Shown one piece after another: positions 45,001-53,037 of a stretch of DNA of 64,000 nucleotides (position 1 is the stretch's first letter; each line of letters opens with the position of its first letter). The position numbers and the translations under genes are program-made. Below the pieces are notes generated by a model. It searched no databases. It saw only the letters and a list, made by a program, of their open reading frames with translations, and had not been told where the DNA came from. The DNA is from Bdellovibrionota bacterium (lineage in GTDB: Bacteria; Bdellovibrionota_C; UBA2361; JBIKUX01): NCBI GenBank assembly GCA_044347345.1, contig JBIKUX010000008.1, forward strand, positions 1 to 64,000. The letters are read 5' to 3'.

Positions 45001-45210
45001 AATAAACGTTTCCTCATTCAGCAGCCTACATGTTTTTTATCAGGTACGTTTTTACGATTAGTTACTGGAACGATGAGTGACGATAGTAAAGCCGTACTTC
45101 TAATCACATTTGATAATGACGAAAGTAATCTTACCAAATACAGACAGGCACTCAGTATAATAAGTGGGATTGATGACCAACATATCTTTAGCTATTCGCT
45201 TCCATGGTAG
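42049..45210 (+). CDS. addA: AddA-like UvrD-family helicase; C-terminal nuclease motifs appear lost
   Basis: ASAGSGKT, TFTRKAAGE, LDEFQDT, VGDTKQAIYGWRG, MTIHKSKGLEF, LLYVSLTRAR. Confidence 0.9.
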   Translation: MWSSSHSYAQLIKASAGSGKTFQLTARMISLLLLGEDPSAILATTFTRKAAGEILSRLFAKLAAATVDESEKRSLIDSLKKLDFLQSNSVSNEAPDNALLRLIARQHKLNVCTLDSFVLMVAQLYHLEGGLVEVPKIISSDEEEKITLEALNHLIELESPQAICSALYLIEGQTKSSSVLRPLRSLGVVLKHTHAEINDLLWQEAKETLTSSTLSSEDIKKLVSRFLETPVPVTTQGRPNSHWIKGCATLSQKILERKWQEALGSSIIKALRKKESFYNKEAPDNLIEAASPLIDYAIQMLRYEMYQRAQAFISLAKKYSQILTGIKMGKSLFSFDELTNHLARSLSSESLNTVFFRLDTVYRHLMLDEFQDTALTQWQLIAPLAEEILSSVSPERTFFCVGDTKQAIYGWRGGVSSLFSFLEESYKNVLTTKPLTTCFRCSPAILSFTDTLFCNLSKAESIKSVLPLAKPWLDKYSLHTSAKLPDATSEYNGFVAVCTLSDDKESIASSGLFTINAIKTILSIYNDNFIPSIGILTRTNETARYLQGFIKSEIGAESSLKDVIKIGSEAGALLADIPAVKCLLSFLQFLDHPHDSISRYHLATSPMHVLVGTNNYKDDKTFEHLYQSIRREWTERGLANTLRNRLTVLFKSLDHSQYLALNASLLIIENIEKRNFCSRTSPFQFAIQKAASEGIASTQVRVMTIHKSKGLEFDYVILPELDVPLINLRTRTGPIITQRDQQTFCPLRIFPRIPKELEWLFPEIPSAQVREHQELRALEDSLSLLYVSLTRARLGLFLLDQEEKDNTSPNKVTYQSVIKDIFVDNIDPLDNKLGFVEVRYLEGQRPVDLQSVVNKPISQNTVNQSIEPTVHEVQPPKLSVSNFDQSKFLPHQQISLHIKNKLKHKNFLSELSLLKSYENVLRAIDWLEFDKPIILNDTYSDIKESDKPKVLDWLSRQEVQFVLNYKQCQSYFFNSFESDLILQKNKRFLIQQPTCFLSGTFLRLVTGTMSDDSKAVLLITFDNDESNLTKYRQALSIISGIDDQHIFSYSLPW

Positions 45211-45456
45211 TAAATCGTTAATCAGTTAGTATAAAAAGGATACATTTTTAATAAAGTTAAACAGCGTATTTTAAACTTTGGTTTATATCGATTAATTAAA
45301 TTAAGGTCTGTCCTACTAGTAAACTGCTTTGATTAATTATCTAATCACTTAACAAATTAGTAATGGCTAGGGAGAATAAAGCCGACCGACTATAATATAT
45401 ATATAGTATAACAAAGTCAGTGTTTGATTTATCAAAAATTAGCATTATAAAATTTT

Positions 45457-46467
45457 ATGACAACAAACGAGCTGTCATCTAAACTTCTCTCTATTATTGT
45501 GCCTTGCTACAATGAGTCTGAAGTTATTGATCAAACAGTCAATCGTCTTAAGGCAATTTTCGCCAACCAAAAGGATATCGCGGCTGAACTTATTTTTATC
45601 GATGACGGAAGTAAAGATCAAACTCAGCAGATTTTAAGAAAGTATGCAGATGAAGATAAAAGAATTAAGCTTATCTGCTTTTCAAGAAATTTTGGTCATC
45701 AAATGGCTGTTACCGCTGGTATAGATGCGGCTGCAGGGGATGCAGTAGTCTTAATTGATGCTGATTTACAAGACCCACCGGAAGTGATTCATGAAATGAT
45801 TGAAAAGTGGCGAGAGGGCTATGATGTTATTTACGGAACCCGTACAGAGCGTTTAGGCGAATCCGTATTAAAAATTGCTACTGCTCGAGGATTCTACAGA
45901 CTATTAAATAAACTATCTGACGTACCAATTCCTTTGGACACTGGCGATTTTCGACTGATGAGTAGAGCGGTAGTTGATACATTAAAAGCCATGCCTGAAC
46001 GTGACCGCTTTATAAGAGGCATGGTAAGTTGGGTAGGATTTCGGCAAACATCTCTACCCTATAAAAGACAAGAGCGCTTTGCTGGATATTCTAAATATCC
46101 TCTAGCAAAAATGGTACGGTTTGCCTCAGACGGTATTCTTTCTTTTTCAACAAAACCGTTGCAGATAGCCGTTGGTCTTGGCCTTTTAGCAGCAGCCTTA
46201 GCACTGATCGGAATTGTATATGCCCTAATTCTGAGGATTTTTACAAGTATTTGGGTTGAAGGATGGACTGCTTTGATAATTGCAATTCTGTTTATCGGCG
46301 GTATCCAACTAGTCTGTATCGGAATTTTAGGCGAGTATATCGGTAGGATATATAACGAAACCAAAAGGCGACCACTCTACGTAGTAAAAGAATACGTTGG
46401 CTTTGTTCGAGAAACAGATACGCCTACCTTTTCCCGCAGTCCGATAATTTATAAAGATAATAAATGA
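45457..46467 (+). CDS. GT2 polyprenol-phosphate glycosyltransferase (GtrB/ArnC-like)
   Basis: IVPCYNE, IDDGSKD, SRNFGHQ, DADLQDPP, GDFRLM, two C-terminal TMs. Confidence 0.93.
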   Translation: MTTNELSSKLLSIIVPCYNESEVIDQTVNRLKAIFANQKDIAAELIFIDDGSKDQTQQILRKYADEDKRIKLICFSRNFGHQMAVTAGIDAAAGDAVVLIDADLQDPPEVIHEMIEKWREGYDVIYGTRTERLGESVLKIATARGFYRLLNKLSDVPIPLDTGDFRLMSRAVVDTLKAMPERDRFIRGMVSWVGFRQTSLPYKRQERFAGYSKYPLAKMVRFASDGILSFSTKPLQIAVGLGLLAAALALIGIVYALILRIFTSIWVEGWTALIIAILFIGGIQLVCIGILGEYIGRIYNETKRRPLYVVKEYVGFVRETDTPTFSRSPIIYKDNK

Positions 46468-47456
46468 AAAAGTTTATCCGTTTCTCTCTAGGAGTAAGCA
46501 TAGCTAGTTTTTTTATTTGGCTTTGCCTGAAAAATATTGATTTTAACCTTCTGCTTACTATCTGTAGTGAGGCAAATATTAGCCTTATAGCATGTGCTAC
46601 AGTTTTATTTTTTGTGGGCTATTCCTGTAGAATTGAACGTTGGCGACTAATGCTCGTTCGAGACAACACAAATCTTAAATGGTCTGAATGTATTCTTCCT
46701 TTTATTACAAGTATAGCAACCAATAATGTTGTACCTTTTCGAGCTGGAGACCTTTTACGAGCCTTTGGTTTTAATGACAAACTCGGCGTAAGTGCTGCTA
46801 CATCAATTACTTCCTTACTTGTAGAACGGTTACTTGATCTACTGATGGTGATGATGTTTTTAGCTATAGCATTAGCTTCTTTTGACTTAGAGTCGACCAG
46901 TATTGTTGGGGTAGGAAGAAACTTTCTTGTTGCTTGCGTCATTTTAATTTTAGCACTCTTACTTTTTCCTAATCTCATTAAACCAATCACGTTCAAAATT
47001 AATTCTATTTTGTGCCGTATGCTACCGCGTATAGGATTACTGATTTCTAAAGAACTATCAAAGATCTTTTTAGCTCTAGAACATACGTCAAACAAAAATA
47101 CTATGATTAAGTTAATCGTATGGTCATTTTTATCATGGCTTTTAGAAGGATTAGTATTTTGGTTTGTTGCTTTTTCTATTCCAACTATTTCAAATGACTT
47201 AGGTGCTTGGATTGCACTACCGCTAGGAACCTTAGCAACAATCCTACCGAGCACACCAGGATATGTTGGGACTTTTGATTATTTCACTGCACATGCTATG
47301 ACCTCTGTGGGAAATTCGCTTCCAAGTTCGACAGTCTATGCATTCATGGTTCATACAGTGCTTTGGCTTCCCCCAACTATCTTTGGTGGGCTGCTCTACC
47401 TTTGCACCAAAATATTTCGAGTTGGCTCACCCTCTAGTACTAAATTGAGTTCATAA
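46464..47456 (+). CDS. lysylphosphatidylglycerol-synthase-TM/flippase-like membrane protein
   Basis: RIERW, VPFRAGDLLR, VERLLD, LPSTPGYVG; 4-nt overlap with GT2. Confidence 0.85.
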   Translation: MKKFIRFSLGVSIASFFIWLCLKNIDFNLLLTICSEANISLIACATVLFFVGYSCRIERWRLMLVRDNTNLKWSECILPFITSIATNNVVPFRAGDLLRAFGFNDKLGVSAATSITSLLVERLLDLLMVMMFLAIALASFDLESTSIVGVGRNFLVACVILILALLLFPNLIKPITFKINSILCRMLPRIGLLISKELSKIFLALEHTSNKNTMIKLIVWSFLSWLLEGLVFWFVAFSIPTISNDLGAWIALPLGTLATILPSTPGYVGTFDYFTAHAMTSVGNSLPSSTVYAFMVHTVLWLPPTIFGGLLYLCTKIFRVGSPSSTKLSS

Positions 47457-47648
47457 TGGGGTAGCTCGGCGTATCTCATTTGAATAGAGTTCACTAGAAT
47501 GAAAACTTATTTTAGATAAAAGGGTATAAATAAGACTCTAACCTATCTGGGAAAAACTTGACCGAAAAAACTTATAAAAAAGCCAAAAAAATAGGGCTCA
47601 AATGATCGGGTAAGTAATAGGCTCTCTGCAAAACTCAGAGCTTAAATC

Positions 47649-47693
47649 GAAAAACAGAAACTAGAAAAACAGAAACTAAAAAGTCAGAGACTA
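47649..47693. repeat. 15-bp tandem repeat x3 (third degenerate)
   Basis: GAAAAACAGAAACTA x2 then AAAAGTCAGAGACTA. Confidence 0.8.
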
Positions 47694-48206
47694 GATCGAA
47701 ACGCTTTCAAAAAGGCAGCAATAGACAAACAATTGACCCCAGTTTCTAAATGATTTTCGTGTGCAACTAATTATTTAAAATTTTTATAATCTTTTAGTCT
47801 AAGAATTATGAAGTTGCAAAAATAAATATAGTAACTAATACTTTACTGTTAGCAAACCAAGTTAAAGTAGCCGTACGCTATATATCCCTAATATATATCT
47901 TTATATTTACCTTTGAATTGCATACTCTTTATTTTTCAAAAAATAATTCTAAAGCAGCTTAATACTAATATAACAAAAGTAACAACTATTTAAAAATGCT
48001 CCATTACAGAGTAAACATTAAGTTCTATATTCAGGGGTGATGTTAATTAATGAGAGACAACTTCGTAGGATATTACAAACAAACCGCTACAGCTATAACT
48101 CTTTAACCCACTATTTGCTTTGGCACTAAAACATGGGGTAACTCCTTTTGATGATTTTGATTAGTGATAAAGAGAGTAACAAATAGACTTTTTAAAACGA
48201 AGAAAG

Positions 48207-48701
48207 ATGCCACAGATGGGAGATGATAAGTCGCATATTACACAAAACTCAAATTCAGCAGAAGTATCGGAATGTATACTGAACGCTCAAAAAGCTACTG
48301 AAATCTTTTCACGTGCCTTTGAATCACTTACCAAAGACCCGAGTAAAAATTACAAGAACCAAGAAAGTTCAATTCTTGCGCAAGCAAGAAGCAACGTTAC
48401 AGCAAACTCTTCTCTTGGTGAACTTCTTGATATTTCTAAGGCTAGGCCTCCTCAAGATGATGGGGATGATATAAATGAAATGAAACTTAAACTTCTATAT
48501 GATGTTTGGCTCGCTATTAGACAACAACTTGTTAAAGAATCTTATGTCATCCAAAATGAAGATAGGAAAGAGCTCTATCATTTCATGTCGCCAAATTTTG
48601 GGCTGATAGTTCCTGTAGAATTGGCAGATAAATATCACCACCCTTACGATCTAACGCCTACAAATCTTCTCAAAATGCAGTTTTCCACTGAAACCGACTA
48701 A
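48207..48701 (+). CDS. hypothetical protein (ORFan-like)
   Basis: 164-aa ATG ORF in AT-rich surroundings. Confidence 0.6.
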   Translation: MPQMGDDKSHITQNSNSAEVSECILNAQKATEIFSRAFESLTKDPSKNYKNQESSILAQARSNVTANSSLGELLDISKARPPQDDGDDINEMKLKLLYDVWLAIRQQLVKESYVIQNEDRKELYHFMSPNFGLIVPVELADKYHHPYDLTPTNLLKMQFSTETD

Positions 48702-48977
48702 TACCACCTACCACTTCTCTCACGACAAGACCGTGCACCATCTATGTTACAGCGACGCACGGTCGCCTGCGGTTGTTCGTTACAGGTCGACAGCGCACTT
48801 ATGGCACAAAGTAAACTAGTTACAGTAGTGCAGGTGATCAGCCCCCCTTCTTCGCTACGATCAGAGGTGCATTAACAAAATCAGGCGGGAGCTTATCTTG
48901 ATCTTGGTATCTCACTGCTTTGCTAATAACAAACCATGCTCGTATTGAGCTCTTTATCGTTGCTTAAAATGGAGGCG

Positions 48978-50114
48978 TCAAATCGGCATATCGTGCGACG
49001 CACTCTCAGAGGTAGTCCGCCGCCGCTTATCGTAGATCTGGGTAGTGGTGATTCGTTTATGCCCCAGAAGCTCTTGGACCTTGGTAATATCAACCCCTGC
49101 ATCAAGGAGAAGCGTTGCGGTGGTAGCCCTGAGCGAATGGGGCGAGTAGATGCACCGCTCAACCTCGATAGGCTTTCCATCTTCCCCCAACACCAGATTC
49201 CCAGCCTCATCTTTTACCTGCTCTTTGACCACAGCCCCTGGCAACTGCTTTAGGTAGCAAACGATCTTCCGCCATAGAGTCGAGGTATCTGCCCGCGCTA
49301 GAGCTAGCCTACTAGCATCCCTTGGAGCAGCTTGCGCCCGAAAAAGTGGGCCACTAGTAAGCTCAGCCTTGGCAATATGCTGGCGAATCGATTCAGCCGC
49401 AGCAAAGTGAATACCGATACGGCGCTGGGTACCCCCTTTTTCGCGAATTTTAAGCGTTGCATCGTGCTCATCATTGTAGAAGTCAGCGACATCAAGGAGC
49501 CGTAGGGTGTTAATCCGAATGCCTGTGTAGAGCAAAGTTTTGAGCATTGCTCGATCCTGGTAGTCCAGCACCCCTTCACCTGTTACAAGCCCCATAAGCT
49601 GCCTTGCTCGGGTGGCATTAAGGCTTAAGGTTTCTTGAACTGGAGAGCTTGCCAGCCGTCTAATAAACTGCACATGGGCTGGATTAGGCACCGTGATAGG
49701 TAGCCGCGCTTCAGCTGCACAGCCAGCCACAAACTGGTAGAAGGACGAAACGGCTGCCAATCTATGGTTAATGGTCTTAGGGGCTTTGTCTTGCTCAAGC
49801 ATTATCTCGCGCCAGTAGGCTACATCATGAATGGTGCCAGTAAGAAACCGATATGCTTCCTCTGGCCATACCCACCCCATGAACTCGATAAAGGCCATAA
49901 TCCCACGGCGATACGATCTTTGGGTATGGATGCTCTCTGACCTCTTTACCCACCGCTCAAAAATCTCGCCAATAGACTCATAAAACGACTGCACCCGGTT
50001 TTGTTGCGCTCGCTCAGACTCAAACCCCGCCAAAATTGGCGGCATGGCTACCCGTTGGTCATCGTCAGGCAGCAGCACCGTTGTTTTTACTGTTACCTCA
50101 CTTACATCCCCCAT
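48978..50114 (-). CDS. tyrosine recombinase (start taken at ATG 50114; ORF extends to 50171)
   Basis: APKTINHRLAAVSSFY, YTGIR, KGG, HSLRAT, LLGH..ITTTQIY: full catalytic set. Confidence 0.93.
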   Translation of the reverse strand: MGDVSEVTVKTTVLLPDDDQRVAMPPILAGFESERAQQNRVQSFYESIGEIFERWVKRSESIHTQRSYRRGIMAFIEFMGWVWPEEAYRFLTGTIHDVAYWREIMLEQDKAPKTINHRLAAVSSFYQFVAGCAAEARLPITVPNPAHVQFIRRLASSPVQETLSLNATRARQLMGLVTGEGVLDYQDRAMLKTLLYTGIRINTLRLLDVADFYNDEHDATLKIREKGGTQRRIGIHFAAAESIRQHIAKAELTSGPLFRAQAAPRDASRLALARADTSTLWRKIVCYLKQLPGAVVKEQVKDEAGNLVLGEDGKPIEVERCIYSPHSLRATTATLLLDAGVDITKVQELLGHKRITTTQIYDKRRRTTSESASHDMPI

Positions 50115-50148
50115 AGGCTCCCTTAACTTTATCTCCCCACACCTTTTG

Positions 50149-50174
50149 TGCAAGATAAGCTCTTTTATCATGCA
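50149..50174. other. dif/loxP-like 10-6-10 recombination core site
   Basis: TGCAAGATAA-GCTCTT-TTATCATGCA, arms 9/10 complementary, just upstream of the recombinase. Confidence 0.7.
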
Positions 50175-50190
50175 TTAAGACGAAGATCTA

Positions 50191-50244
50191 TTGACTATTT
50201 ATTACCCAGTAATTACGCTGTGTAAATGTAATTACTATGTAACT
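50191..50244 (+). promoter_or_regulatory. sigma70-like promoter overlaid with GTAATTAC repeats
   Basis: TTGACT (50191)-17 nt-TACGCT (50214); GTAATTAC at 50209 and 50228, partial copies near 50199, 50222, 50239. Confidence 0.55.
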
Positions 50245-50246
50245 TT

Positions 50247-51245
50247 ATGCCTATGAATGCTCCTTCCCTCCGAGAATCGCCCCAATCTCTAGAATATCAA
50301 GCCGCCTACGCCTGCTTCCAAGCCGCTGTCACCCTCAAGCGCGATGGCAGGCTAGTAAATGGTCCCCGCATCAGAGCGCTAGTGGGTCGAGGCTCTCACT
50401 CCACCACTAAAAAGTACGCCGATATCTGGAAAGCTCTTGAAGCTGGAGGAAGCCCGGATCTCTCCCCCGATGTCGAAGCCGCCTACGAAGCCGTCAAAGC
50501 CGGTAGCGAAGATCCAGCAGCCTTTACTCCCCCACCCCCAGAGGAGCTAAAAGACCTGCTTAACCAGCTCTGGGAGATGACCCAAGAGTGGATAGCCACT
50601 GGGTGCCGTAAGACCGAAGAGATGTGCGGTGACGAGTTGGCAGAGATGGAAGACAAGGTCACAGTAGCCAACGCCGCTCGCGACAAGGCAAAAGCAGAAC
50701 TTGCTAAACACGAGTCAGAGCGCGTCAAACTAGCAACCCAGAACAGTGAGCTAAAGCAGCTTACCTCCAAGCTAACCGGGCAGATGGAAGCCTTAGAAGC
50801 TAAGCTCAACGACCTAACCGATAAGAACGCCACACTTGAGCAAACCATCAATGAGCAATCCAACCAGATTGTCCGCTTAACAATGGAGGCACAAATCACC
50901 CAAGAGCGCCTCACCGAGAGCAAGCGACGGGAGGGAGAGGCACACGAGAGGGTTAAGACTACGCAGGAGCAACTTGAGAACCTGCGGGAAGCAAAGGAGC
51001 AGATTCAGGAGCGAGTCGCCCGGATGGAGGAAACAGAGAAGTCGCTCACCTCCCAGCTTGAGCGGGAGCGCACGCGGGTAGAGGCCTTGGATGGCAAGGT
51101 TTATGAGCAGGCCAGAGTTATTGCAGCCCTTACCGGGGAGGCGAAAGCTGCAGAGGAGCGGGCTAAAGCTTCCGAGGAGACGGTATCTTTACTTAGAAAA
51201 GAACTGCAACATAATGGAAAGACAAGCTTACCCTACATTAAATGA
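50247..51245 (+). CDS. KfrA-N/TnpT-like DNA-binding protein with long coiled-coil tail
   Basis: AA..L...G......IRALVGRGS.STT.KY...W N-terminus, PPEEL...L.QLW, then long heptad-rich tail. Confidence 0.8.
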   Translation: MPMNAPSLRESPQSLEYQAAYACFQAAVTLKRDGRLVNGPRIRALVGRGSHSTTKKYADIWKALEAGGSPDLSPDVEAAYEAVKAGSEDPAAFTPPPPEELKDLLNQLWEMTQEWIATGCRKTEEMCGDELAEMEDKVTVANAARDKAKAELAKHESERVKLATQNSELKQLTSKLTGQMEALEAKLNDLTDKNATLEQTINEQSNQIVRLTMEAQITQERLTESKRREGEAHERVKTTQEQLENLREAKEQIQERVARMEETEKSLTSQLERERTRVEALDGKVYEQARVIAALTGEAKAAEERAKASEETVSLLRKELQHNGKTSLPYIK

Positions 51246-51254
51246 TTCATTGAT

Positions 51255-51417
51255 CTAAAATCGATATACCTCAAAGAATTGCTCACCGAGGCGGTAGATT
51301 GAACCGGAATGAGTCCCAACTGTAGTAACTCCAGCATTTCAAGTAGCTTTTCGCTATCGACAAGCTCGATCAGTGATACTCCAGCCCGTATACGACTTCT
51401 TTTCTTGCGTCGGTGGT
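51255..51417 (-). pseudogene. mrr: C-terminal remnant of an Mrr-family restriction endonuclease with two frameshifts
   Basis: Not in ORF track. Joined frames read TTDARKEV/IRAGVSLIELVDSEKLLEMLELLQLGLIPVQ/YRLGEQFFEVYRF*, matching the Mrr tail pattern FT.dA..EA......IeLvDGe.L..l.....lG........d..fF. Confidence 0.7.
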
Positions 51418-51623
51418 TAATCCGTATTTAACTACACTAAGCTGTCTAAAAAGACTTGCGAGTACATAGACACTAACTCGTTTTTAACTTAAACGAGCAC
51501 AAAAAAATTTTTTTACTACTATATATACATTTTTTTTGTATCTTTTGTTGATTACCTAAACTGCTGCTGGTAGTTTTTTAAAAAAATGTTTTGTAATTTA
51601 GCTTAAACTTGAGAAATGCAGAT

Positions 51624-51956
51624 ATGCCAAGCACCAACACTAGCCCATCACAGAAATCAGACCCACAACAAGGAGCCCAGATTACTGCAGACACTTTAAG
51701 TGGTTTAAAAGATAAACTGAAGGAGTTGGTTAAGGTTGGGTTCATAATTGAGATGAATGAGTATCAGGAAACGCACTATGTACCCCCATTTTCAATACAG
51801 AAATTTACCACTCCAGAAAAATTAGAAATAAATGTTAAAGATGAGCAATGGCCAAGGACGTTTAATTTACAGGTAATTAAGAATGAGATTAAGATGGACT
51901 CCCAGTCTTGCACACTATATGAAAGAGTCAGCGCACAACCTCAATCCAGTAACTAG
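51624..51956 (+). CDS. hypothetical protein (ORFan-like)
   Basis: ATG at 51624 in the 51609 ORF; AT-rich flanks. Confidence 0.55.
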   Translation: MPSTNTSPSQKSDPQQGAQITADTLSGLKDKLKELVKVGFIIEMNEYQETHYVPPFSIQKFTTPEKLEINVKDEQWPRTFNLQVIKNEIKMDSQSCTLYERVSAQPQSSN

Positions 51957-52145
51957 TAAAAAAAATTTAAGATCATTGTAAATTTAACCGCACCCTTTTT
52001 TTTAAAAAATCACAAAAATTTATCAGTTTAAATCGTTCTAGCTGATTAATTGCCTATCTTCTTGTTAAGTCTATTAAACAATTTAGCTAAATCTTGTAGT
52101 GCTTCAGGGGTTTTTAATCATTTAGACCCCTTAGTTTTGGTTTTT

Positions 52146-52643
52146 TTAATTAAACTCAATATCTTCTGCTTTAATGTACTGCTGCCCTCTAGGGTCATTT
52201 TCGCCTCGTCCACACGGGTAACGGCGCCGAATCGGGTTTTTGTCTCTCCCGCCGTCAAGATGCCAAATTGTTGTACTTGGAGGAGTTTCTAAAATGGCAA
52301 ATTGAATAAATGGCCCAAATTCTCCTTTTCCATCTCTGGCACAAAGCTCTATTATATTATAACTCCGAGGGTTTATTTTCCTTCTGGGATTATACTGGTC
52401 TTCTGTAAAAATTCTAACCTGACCTGAGTTAGCATTATCGTACCAAATATATATGTTATTGTGTGCAGTTTCTGGCTGCCGGTTAGAAAGCCCATAAAGA
52501 CTAAAATTTTGATAAGTTATGACTGTATCACCCACCCTTAGGTAGGCCGCTGTAAAACAATCTGGCAGTCTTTGTATCGGTGACTGTTGGTTACCTTTTG
52601 GTTTTTCTAATGGAAGGTCATGAGCAGATAGATGGAGATGCAT
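52146..52643 (-). CDS. hypothetical protein (ORFan-like)
   Basis: 165-aa ATG ORF. Confidence 0.55.
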   Translation of the reverse strand: MHLHLSAHDLPLEKPKGNQQSPIQRLPDCFTAAYLRVGDTVITYQNFSLYGLSNRQPETAHNNIYIWYDNANSGQVRIFTEDQYNPRRKINPRSYNIIELCARDGKGEFGPFIQFAILETPPSTTIWHLDGGRDKNPIRRRYPCGRGENDPRGQQYIKAEDIEFN

Positions 52644-53037
52644 TATTATTAGATGGAGTATTAGCTCTATTAAAAAAATTCAACACAAATTTCCTTATTA
52701 ACTAAAGACAAAGTCTAATTTCATTTATTAAAAATAAGTAGAGAGAAGCGACATAAATAGACGAGTAAACAAAACTATTAAATCCGCAGCAGTTGCCCAT
52801 CCTTAACAATGCTCAAGCTGGTGTCTTCTGTCTAAAAGCAGCCCGCCTAGGTTCCTTCTCCTAGGTGGCCTCTCCTAGGTCATAGCAGCTCATCTGCGCT
52901 GATCTAAATCTGATCTGAATCTGAGATTAGCACTGGTCATTAGCAGAGTATTTCAGCGCACCAGCGCGAAATGCTACTCGATTCTAAGGTATGAAATGGT
53001 TGTTAAGACGAATATCTTTTTTAGCTATAATATCCAT

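Larger units (their letters stand above)
48702..51440. mobile_element. GC-richer foreign cassette: tyrosine recombinase, divergent KfrA/TnpT-like gene, Mrr remnant (boundaries approximate)
   Basis: Visible composition shift relative to AT-rich flanks; gene content typical of plasmid/transposon resolution modules. Confidence 0.65.

Noticed and set aside
47455-47485. GGGGTAGCTC resembling a tRNA 5' end near the recombinase
   Set aside because: No T-loop (GTTCRA) or cloverleaf follows; it folds as a simple hairpin after the stop codon
48030-48160. GGGG-starting motifs as Tn3 terminal inverted repeats
   Set aside because: No matching 38-bp inverted copy found on the other side of the cassette
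48729-48764. GACCGTGC...GCACGGTC inverted repeat at the cassette's left edge
   Set aside because: Only 8 bp with a 20-nt loop and no second copy; cannot be called an att or terminal repeat
50115-50171. N-terminal extension of the recombinase ORF
   Set aside because: Overlaps the dif-like site; AAGGGAG just upstream of ATG 50114 favours the later start, although the spacing is short
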